The position numbers and the translations under genes were made by a program. The notes under the pieces are model-generated. The model was not told the origin of the DNA and searched no databases. It was given only the letters and a program-made list of their open reading frames with translations. From the human T2T-CHM13v2.0 reference genome, Homo sapiens: a stretch of 64,000 nt of DNA. The stretch is from the NCBI RefSeq assembly GCF_009914755.1, contig NC_060943.1; one strand, 5' to 3'. Below are positions 54,001-64,000 of the stretch, piece by piece (the first letter of the stretch is position 1; every line of letters begins with the position of its first letter).

Positions 54001-57000
54001 GACTGAAGCATTCTCAGCAACTTCTTGGTGACGTTTGCATTCATCTCACAGTGTTGAACATACGTTTCCATAGAGTGGTTTTGAAACACTGTTTTTGTAG
54101 AATCGGCAAGTGGATATTTGGACTGCTTTGAGGCCTTCATCGGAAACGGGAATATCTTCACATAAACACTAGAGAGAAGCATTCTCAGAAACTTCTTTGT
54201 CATCTGTCCATTCAACTCACAGAGTTGAACCTTCCTTTTTATGGAGCAGTTTTGAAACACTCCTTTTGGAGAATCTGCAAGTGGATATTTGGAGCGCTTT
54301 GAGGCCTATGGTAGAAAAAGAAATATCTGCCTCTGAAAACCAGACAGAAGCATTCCGAGAAACTTCTTTGTGATGTTTGCATTCAACTAGCAGAGTTGAA
54401 CCTTCCTTTTGATAGGGCAGTTTGGAAACACTCTTTTTGTAGAATCTGCATGTGGATATCTGGAGCGGTTTGAGGCCTACGGTCAAAAAGGAAATATCTT
54501 CCTGGGAAAAATAGACGAAAGCATTCTCAGAAAGTGCTTTGTGATATGTGCATTCGACTCACCGAGTTGAAACTTTTTTTTGATAGAGCAGTTTTGAAAC
54601 ACTCTGTAGAATCTGAAAGTGGATATTTGGAGCTCTTTGAGGGCTATGGCGGAAAAGAAAATATATTCACATGAAAGTAGACAGCAGCATTCTCAGAAAC
54701 TTCTTTAGGATGTTTGCAGTAAACTCACAGAGTTGAACCTACCTTTCCGTAGAGCAGTTTTGAAACACTCTGTTTGTGGGATCCGCAAGTGGATATTTGG
54801 AGCGCTTTGAGACCTTTGCTGGAAATGGGAATATCTTCACATATAAACTAGACAGAAGCATTCTCAGAAACTTCTTCGTGATGTGTGCATTCTCCTCCCG
54901 AATTTGAATCTTCCTTTTCATGAAGCAGTTTTGAAACACTCTGTTTGTGCAATCCACAATTGGATAATTGGAACGCTTTGATGCCCATGGTAGAAAAGGA
55001 AATATCCTCATATAAAAACTAGACAGAATGATTCACAGAAAATGCTTTGTGATGTGTGCATTCAAATCACGGAGTTGAATCTTTCTTTTGTCAGAGCAGT
55101 TTTGAAACACTGTTTCTGTGGAATCTGCCAGTGGACACTTGGAGCGCTTTGAGGGCTGTGGTGGAGAAGGAAATATCTTCCCATAAAAACTAGAAAGAAG
55201 CATTCTCAGAAACATTTATGTGAAGCGTGCATTCAACTCACAGAGTTGAACCTTCCTTTTGATACAACAGTTTTGAAACACTCTTTTGTACAATTGCATG
55301 TGAATCTTTGGAGCGCTTTGAAGCCTTTGTTGGAAATGGGAATATCTTCACACACAAACTAGCCAGAAGCATTCTCAGAAACTTCTTTGTGATGTGTGCG
55401 TTGAACCCAGAGAGATGAACCTTTCCTTTGATAGAGCAGTTTTCAAACGTGTTTTTGTAAGATCGGCAAGCGGATAATTGGCTTCGCTTTGTGTCCTTTG
55501 GTGGAAACGGGAATATCTTCTAATAAAAACTAGACAGAAATATTCTCAGAATCTCCTTTGTGATGTGGGCATTCAACTAACACAGTTGAACATTTCTTTT
55601 CACAGAGCAGTTTTGAAACACTCTTTTGGTAGAATCTGCCAGTGGATATTTGGAGCGCTTGGAGGGCTATTGGGCCAATGGAAATATCTGCCCTTGAAAA
55701 CTAGACAGAAGCATTCTCAGAAACTACTTCGTGATGTCTGCATTCAACACACAGAGTTGAACATACCTCTTCACAGAGCAGTTTTGAAAACCTCTTTCTG
55801 TAGAATCTGCAAGTGGATATTCGGACCACTTTGAGGCCTTCATAGGAAACAGTAATATCTTCACATAAAAACTAGATAGAAGCATTGTCAGAAAGTTCTT
55901 TGTGATGTGTGAATTCAACTCACAGAGTTGAACCTTCCTTTAATAGAGCAGTTTTGAAACACTCTTTTTCTAGAATCTGCAAGTAGATATTTGGAGCGCT
56001 TTGAGGCCTTCGTTGGAAACCGGAATATCTTCACAGGAAAAGTAGATAGAGGCATTCTCAGAAACTTTTTTGTGATATGTAGATTCAACTCACAGCGTTG
56101 AACCTTTCTTTGGATGGAGCAGTTTTGAAAAACTCTTTTATCGAATCTGCAGGTAGACATTTGGGGTGCTTTGAGGGCTGTGGTGCAAAAGGAAATGTCT
56201 TCCCATAGAAACTAGACTGAAGCATTCTCAGCAACTTCTTGGTGACGTTTGCATTCATCTCACAGTGTTGAACATACCTTTCCATAGAGTGGTTTTGAAA
56301 CACTGTTTCTGTAGAATCTGCAAGTGGATATTTGGACTGCTTTGAGGCCTTCATCGGAAACGGGAATATCTTCACATAAACACTAGAGAGAAGCATTCTC
56401 AGAAACTTCTTTGTCATCTGTCCATTCAACTCACAGAGTTGAACCTTCCTTTTTATGGAGCAGTTTTGAAACACTCCTTTTGGAGAATCTGCAAGTGGAT
56501 ATTTGGAGCGCTTTGAGGCCTATGGTAGAAAAAGAAATATCTGCCTCTAAAAACCAGACAGAAGCATTCTGAGAAACTTCTTTGTGATGTTTGCATTCAA
56601 CTAGCAGAGTTGAACCTTCCTTTTGATAGGGCAGTTTGGAAACACTCTTTTTGTAGAATCTGCATGTGGATATCTGGAGCGGTTTGAGGCCTACGGTCAA
56701 AAAGGAAATATCTTCCTGGGAAAAATAGACGAAAGCATTCTCAGAAAGTGCTTTGTGATATGTGCATTCGACTCACCGAGTTGAAACTTTTTTTTGATAG
56801 AGCAGTTTTGAAACACTCTGTAGAATCTGAAAGTGGATATTTGGAGCTCTTTGAGGGCTATGGCGGAAAAGAAAATATATTCACATTAAAGTAGACAGCA
56901 GCATTCTCAGAAACTTCTTTAGGATGTTTGCAGTAAACTCACAGAGTTGAACCTACCTTTCCGTAGAGCAGTTTTGAAACACTCTGTTTGTGGGATCCAC

Positions 57001-60000
57001 AAGTGGATATTTGGACCGCTTTGAGACCTTTGCTGGAAATGGGAATATCTTCACATATAAACTAGACAGAAGCATTCTCAGAAACTTCTTCGTGTTGTGT
57101 GCATTCTCCTCCCGAATTTGAATCTTCCTTTTCATGAAGCAGTTTTGAAACACTCTGTTTGTGCAATCCACAATTGGATAATTGGAACGCTTTGATGCCC
57201 ATGGTAGAAAAGGAAATATCCTCATATAAAAACTAGACAGAAGGATTCACAGAAAATGCTTTGTGATGTGTGCATTCAAATCACGGAGTTGAATCTTTCT
57301 TTTGTCAGAGCAGTTTTGAAACACTGTTTCTGTGGAATCTGCCAGCGGACACTTGGAGCTCTTTGAGGGCTATGGTGGAGAAGGAAATATCTTCCCATAA
57401 AAACTAGAAAGAAGCATTCTCAGAAACATTTATGTGAAGCGTGCATTCAACTCACAGAGTTGAACCTTCCTTTTGATACAACAGTTTTGAAACACTCTTT
57501 TGAACAATTGCAGGTGAATCTTTGGAGCGCTTTGAAGCCTTTGTTGGAAATGGGAATATCTTCACACACAAACTAGCCAGAAGCATTCTCAGAAACTTCT
57601 TTGTGATGTGTGCGTTGAACCCAGAGAGATGAACCTTTCCTTTGATAGAGCAGTTTTGAAACGTGTTTTTGTAAGATCGGAAAGCGGATAATTGGCTTAG
57701 CTTTGTGTCCTTTGGTGGAAACGGGAATATCTTCTAATAAAAACTAGACAGAAATATTCTCAGAATCTCCTTTGTGATGTGGGCATTCAACTAACACAGT
57801 TGAACATTTCTTTTCACAGAGCAGTTTTGAAACACTCTTTTGGTAGAATCTGCCAGTGGATATTTGGAGCGCTTGGAGGGCTATTGTGCCAATGGAAATA
57901 TCTGCCCCTGAAAACTAGACAGAAGCATTCTCAGAAACTACTTCGTGATGTCTGCATTCAACACACAGAGTTGAACATACCTCTTCACAGAGCAGTTTTG
58001 AAAACCTCTTTCTGTAGAATCTGCAAGTGGATATTCGGACCACTTTGAGGCCTTCATAGGAAACAGTAATATCTTCACATAAAAACTAGATAGAAGCATT
58101 GTCAGAAAGTTCTTTGTGATGTGTGAATTCAACTCACAGAGTTGAACCTTCCTTTAATAGAGCAGTTTTGAAACACTCTTTTTCTAGAATCTGCAAGTAG
58201 ATATTTGGAGCGCTTTGAGGCCTTCGTTGGAAACCGGAATATCTTCACAGGAAAAGTAGATAGAGGCATTCTCAGAAACTCTTTGTGATATGTAGATTCA
58301 ACTCACAGCGTTGAACCTTTCTTTGGATGGAGTAGTTTTGAAAAACTCTTTTATCGAATCTGCAGGTAGACATTTGGGGTGCTTTGAGGGCTGTGGTGCA
58401 AAAGGAAATGTCTTCCCATAGAAACTAGACTGAAGCATTCTCAGCAACTTCTTGGTGACGTTTGCATTCATCTCACAGTGTTGAACATACCTTTCCATAG
58501 AGTGGTTTTGAAACACTGTTTTTGTAGAATCGGCTAGTGGATATTTGGACAGCTTTCAGGCCTTCATCGGTAACGGGAATATCTTCACATAAACACTAGA
58601 GAGAAGCATTCTCAGAAACTTCTTTGTCATCTGTCCATTCAACTCACAGAGTTGAACCTTCCTTTTTATGGAGCAGTTTTGAAACACTCCTTTTGGAGAA
58701 TCTGCAAGTGGATATTTGGAGCGCTTTGAGGCCTATGGTAGAAAAAGAAATATCTGCCTCTAAAAACCAGACAGAAGCATTCCGAGAAACTTCTTTGTGA
58801 TGTTTGCATTCAACTAGCAGAGTTGAACCTTCCTTTTGATAGGGCAGTTTGGAAACACTCTTTTTGTAGAATCTGCATGTGGATATCTGGAGTGGTTTGA
58901 GGCCTACGGTCAAAAAGGAAATATCTTCCTGGGAAAAATAGACGAAAACATTCTCAGAAAGTGCTTTGTGATATGTGCATTCGACTCACCGAGTTGAAAC
59001 TTTTTTTTGATAGAGCAGTTTTGAAACACTCTGTAGAATCTGAAAGTGGATATTTGGAGCTCTTTGAGGGCTATGGCGGAAAAGAAAATATATTCACATT
59101 AAAGTAGACAGCAGCATTCTCAGAAACTTCTTTAGGATGTTTGCAGTAAACTCACAGAGTTGAACCTACCTTTCCGTAGAGCAGTTTTGAAACACTCTGT
59201 TTGTGGGATCCGCAAGTGGATATTTGGACCGCTTTGAGACCTTTGCTGGAAATGGGAATATCTTCACATATAAACTAGACAGAAGCATTCTCAGAAACTT
59301 CTTCGTGATGTGTGCATTCTCCTCCCGAATTTGAATCTTCCTTTTCATGAAGCAGTTTTGAAACACTCTGTTTGTGCAATCCACAATTGGATAATTGGAA
59401 CGCTTTGATGCCCATGGTAGAAAAGGAAATATCCTCATATAAAAACTAGACAGAAGGATTCACAGAAAATGCTTTGTGTTGTGTGCATTCAAATCACGGA
59501 GTTGAATCTTTCTTTTGTCAGAGCAGTTTTGAAACACTGTTTCTGTGGAATCTGCCAGCGGACACTTGGAGCGCTTTGAGGGCTATGGTGGAGAAGGAAA
59601 TATCTTCCCATAAAAACTAGAAAGAAGCATTCTCAGAAACATTTATGTGAAGCGTGCATTCAACTCACAGAGTTGAACCTTCCTTTTGATACAACAGTTT
59701 TGAAACACTCTTTTGAACAATTGCAGGTGAATCTTTGGAGCGCTTTGAAGCCTTTGTTGGAAATGGGAATATCTTCACACACAAACTATCCAGAAGCATT
59801 CTCAGAAACTTCTTTGTGATGTGTACGTTGAACCCAGAGAGATGAACCGTTCCTTTGATAGGGCAGTTTTGAAACGTGTTTTTGTAAGATCGGCAAGCGG
59901 ATAATTGGCTTCGCTTTGTGTCCTTTGGTGGAAACGGGAATATCTTCTAATAAAAACTAGACAGAAATATTCTCAGAATCTCCTTTGTGATGTGGGCATT

Positions 60001-63000
60001 CAACTAACACAGTTGAACATTTCTTTTCACAGAGCAGTTTTGAAACACTCTTTTGGTAGAATCTGCCAGTGGATATTTGGAGCGCTTGGAGGGCTATTGT
60101 GCCAATGGAAATATCTGCCCCTGAAAACTAGACAGAAGCATTCTCAGAAACTACTTCGTGATGTCTGCATTCAACACACAGAGTTGAACATACCTCTTCA
60201 CAGAGCAGTTTTGAAAACCTCTTTCTGTAGAATCTGCAAGTGGATATTCGGACCACTTTGAGGCCTTCATAGGAAACAGTAATATCTTCACATAAAAACT
60301 AGATAGAAGCATTGTCAGAAAGTTCTTTGTGATGTGTGAATTCAACTCACAGACTTGAACCTTCCTTTAATAGAGCAGTTTTGAAACACTCTTTTTTTAG
60401 AATCTGCAAGTAGATATTTGGAGCGCTTTGAGGCCTTCGTTGGAAACCGGAATATCTTCACAGGAAAAGTAGATAGAGGCATTCTCAGAAACTCTTTGTG
60501 ATATGTAGATTCAACTCACAGCGTTGAACCTTTCTTTGGATGGAGTAGTTTTGAAAAACTCTTTTATCGAATCTGCAGGTAGACATTTGGGGTGCTTTGA
60601 GGGCTGTGGTGCAAAAGGAAATGTCTTCCCATAGAAACTAGACTGAAGCATTCTCAGCAACTTCTTGGTGACGTTTGCATTCATCTCACAGTGTTGAACA
60701 TACCTTTCCATAGAGTGGTTTTGAAACACTGTTTCTGTAGAATCGGCAAGTGGATATTTGGACTGCTTTGAGGCCTTCATCGGAAATGGGAATATCTTCA
60801 CATAAACACTAGAGAGAAGCATTCTCAGAAACTTCTTTGTCATCTGTCCATTCAACTCACAGAGTTGAACCTTCCTTTTTATGGAGCAGTTTTGAAACAC
60901 TCCTTTTGGAGAATCTGCAAGTGGATATTTGGAGCGCTTTGAGGCCTATTGTAGAGAAAGAAATATCTGCCTCTAAAAACCAGACAGAAGCATTCCGAGA
61001 AACTTCTTTGTGATGTTTGCATTCAACTAGCAGAGTTGAACCTTCCTTTTGATAGGGCAGTTTGGAAACACTCTTTTTGTAGAATCTGCATGTGGATATC
61101 TGGAGCGGTTTGAGGCCTACGGTCAAAAAGGAAATATCTTCCTGGGAAAAATAGACGAAAGCATTCTCAGAAAGTGCTTTGTGATATGTGCATTCGACTC
61201 ACCGAGTTGAAACTTTTTTTTGATAGAGCAGTTTTGAAACACTCTGTAGAATCTGAAAGTGGATATTTGGAGCTCTTTGAGGGCTATGGCGGAAAAGAAA
61301 ATATATTCACATTAAAGTAGACAGCAGCATTCTCAGAAACTTCTTTAGGATGTTTGCAGTAAACTCACAGAGTTGAACCTACCTTTCCGTAGAGCAGTTT
61401 TGAAACACTCTGTTTGTGGGATCCGCAAGTGGATATTTGGACCGCTTTGAGACATTTGCTGGAAATGGGAATATCTTCACATATAAACTAGACAGAAGCA
61501 TTCTCAGAAACTTCTTCGTGATGTGTGCATTCTCCTCCCAAATTTGAATCTTCCTTTTCATGAAGCAGTTTTGAAACACTCTGTTTGTGCAATCCACAAT
61601 TGGATAATTGGAACGCTTTGATGCCCATGGTAGAAAAGGAAATATCCTCATATAAAAACTAGACAGAAGGATTCACAGAAAATGCTTTGTGATGTGTGCA
61701 TTCAAATCACGGAGTTGAATCTTTCTTTTGTCAGAGCAGTTTTGAAACACTGTTTCTGTGGAATCTGCCAGCGGACACTTGGAGCGCTTTGAGGGCTATG
61801 GTGGAGAAGGAAATATCTTCCCATAAAAACTAGAAAGAAGCATTCTCAGAAACATTTATGTGAAGCGTGCATTCAACTCACAGAGTTGAACCTTCCTTTT
61901 GATACAACAGTTTTGAAACACTCTTTTGAACAATTGCAGGTGAATCTTTGGAGCGCTTTGAAGCCTTTGTTGGAAATGGGAATATCTTCACACACAAACT
62001 AGCCAGAAGCATTCTCAGAAACTTCTTTGTGATGTGTGCGTTGAACCCAGAGAGATGAACCTTTCCTTTGATAGAGCAGTTTTGAAACGTGTTTTTGTAA
62101 GATCGGAAAGCGGATAATTGGCTTCGCTTTGTGTCCTTTGGTGGAAACGGGAATATCTTCTAATAAAAACTAGACAGAAATATTCTCAGAATCTCCTTTG
62201 TGATGTGGGCATTCAACTAACACAGTTGAACATTTCTTTTCACAGAGCAGTTTTGAAACACTCTTTTGGTAGAATCTGCCAGTGGATATTTGGAGCGCTT
62301 GGAGGGCTATTGTGCCAATGGAAATATCTGCCCCTGAAAACTAGACAGAAGCATTCTCAGAAACTACTTCGTGATGTCTGCATTCAACACACAGAGTTGA
62401 ACATACCTCTTCACAGAGCAGTTTTGAAAACCTCTTTCTGTAGAATCTGCAAGTGGATATTCGCACCACTTTGAGGCCTTCATAGGAAACAGTAATATCT
62501 TCACATAAAAACTAGATAGAAGCATTGTCAGAAAGTTCTTTGTGATGTGTGAATTCAACTCACAGAGTTGAACCTTCCTTTAATAGAGCAGTTTTGAAAC
62601 ACTCTTTTTCTAGAATCTGCAAGTAGATATTTGGAGCACTTTGAGGCCTTCGTTGGAAACCGGAATATCTTCACAGGAAAAGTAGATAGAGGCATTCTCA
62701 GAAACTTTTTTGTGATATGTAGATTCAACTCACAGCGTTGAACCTTTCTTTGGATGGAGCAGTTTTGAAAAACTCTTTTATCGAATCTGCAGGTAGACAT
62801 TTGGGGTGCTTTGAGGGATGTGGTGCAAAAGGAAATGTCTTCCCATAGAAACTAGACTGAAGCATTCTCAGCAACTTCTTGGTGACGTTTGCATTCATCT
62901 CACAGTGTTGAACATACCTTTCCATAGAGTGGTTTTGAAACACTGTTTCTGTAGAATCGGCAAGTGGATATTTGGACTGCTTTGAGGCCTTCATCGGAAA

Positions 63001-64000
63001 CGGGAATATCTTCACATAAACACTAGAGAGAAGCATTCTCAGAAACTTCTTTGTCATCTGTCCATTCAACTCACAGAGTTGAACCTTCCTTTTTATGGAG
63101 CAGTTTTGAAACACTCCTTTTGGAGAATCTGCAAGTGGATATTTGGAGCGCTTTGAGGCCTATGGTAGAGAAAGAAATATCTGCCTCTAAAAACCAGACA
63201 GAAGCATTCCGAGAAACTTCTTTGTGATGTTTGCATTCAACTAGCAGAGTTGAACCTTCCTTTTGATAGGGCAGTTTGGAAACACTCTTTTTGTAGAATC
63301 TGCATGTGGATATCTGGAGCGGTTTGAGGCCTACGGTCAAAAAGGAAATATCTTCCTGGGAAAAATAGACGAAAGCATTCTCAGAAAGTGCTTTGTGATA
63401 TGTGCATTCGACTCACCGAGTTGAAACTTTTTTTTGATAGAGCAGTTTTGAAACACTCTGTAGAATCTGAAAGTGGATATTTGGAGCTCTTTGAGGGCTA
63501 TGGCGGAAAAGAAAATATATTCACATTAAAGTAGACAGCAGCATTCTCAGAAACTTCTTTAGGATGTTTGCAGTAAACTCACAGAGTTGAACCTACCTTT
63601 CCGTAGAGCAGTTTTGAAACACTCTGTTTGTGGGATCCGCAAGTGGATATTTGGACCGCTTTGAGACCTTTGCTGGAAATGGGAATATCTTCACATATAA
63701 ACTAGACAGAAGCATTCTCAGAAACTTCTTCGTGATGTGTGCATTCTCCTCCCGAATTTGAATCTTCCTTTTCATGAAGCAGTTTTGAAACACTCTGTTT
63801 GTGCAATCCACAATTGGATAATTGGAACGCTTTGATGCCCATGGTAGAAAAGGAAATATCCTCATATAAAAACTAGACAGAAGGATTCACAGAAAATGCT
63901 TTGTGTTGTGTGCATTCAAATCACGGAGTTGAATCTTTCTTTTGTCAGAGCAGTTTTGAAACACTGTTTCTGTGGAATCTGCCAGCGGACACTTGGAGCG

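Larger units (their letters stand above)
1..64000 (+). repeat. Alpha-satellite higher-order repeat array, 13-mer / 2214-bp unit, ~28.9 tandem copies
   Basis: Alphoid hallmark motifs (CATTCTCAGAAACTTCTTTGTGATG, TTCAACTCACAGAGTTGAAC, GAGCAGTTTTGAAACACTC, TTTGGAGCGCTTTGAGG) recur every ~171 bp. The identical ORF set recurs every 2214 bp (131, 2345, 4559 ...), with only five 1-bp-shorter units. HOR starts (CATTC register): 23, 2237, 4451, 6665, 8879, 11093, 13307, 15521, 17735, 19948, 22162, 24376, 26590, 28804, 31018, 33232, 35446, 37660, 39874, 42088, 44302, 46516, 48730, 50943, 53157, 55370, 57584, 59797, 62010 (partial). Confidence 0.99.

Noticed and set aside
131-63865. About 190 ORFs of 60-129 aa on both strands
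   Set aside because: They recur every 2214 bp, often use non-ATG starts and have internal 57-aa (171/3) periodicity. They are freely broken by stops and frameshifts (e.g. TAG near 57698, loss of the 81-aa ORF in H23/25/27/28). They are translations of satellite DNA, not genes.
1-64000. CRISPR-like appearance (conserved motifs separated by variable stretches)
   Set aside because: The variable stretches are homologous between monomers and repeat with the HOR. There are no unique spacers, leader or cas genes.
1-64000. Possible L1/Alu insertion, inversion, or monomer-deletion HOR variant
   Set aside because: Unit spacing is always 2214 or 2213 bp and the orientation never changes, leaving no room for such events.

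Overview
The whole 64 kb window is primate (human-type) centromeric alpha-satellite DNA. It is an uninterrupted head-to-tail array of ~171-bp monomers organised as a 13-monomer, 2214-bp higher-order repeat (HOR). There are 28 complete copies (H1-H28, from 23) plus a partial 29th, all in one orientation, with no transposon insertion, inversion or monomer-level structural variant. A-type (pJalpha-like) and B-type (CENP-B-box-like) monomers alternate irregularly (B A B B A B A A A B A A B), which points to suprachromosomal family 5 (R1/R2). From recall only, the size matches the chr5/chr19 13-mer HOR (D5Z1-like). All ORFs are repeat artefacts; I see no genes and no new protein-coding system. The informative signal lies in the single-nucleotide variants. 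(1) The consensus HOR has no intact CENP-B box, but two copies (23141, 40853) carry an A>G allele that completes the core motif. (2) Shared variants reveal a nested duplication history: a 7-8-HOR block present twice, a 3-copy local expansion in the first block, and a partial third copy. (3) There are apparent short conversion tracts. (4) A more diverged domain lies beyond ~48.8 kb and has its own indel haplotype. All variant calls were read by eye and need alignment to confirm.
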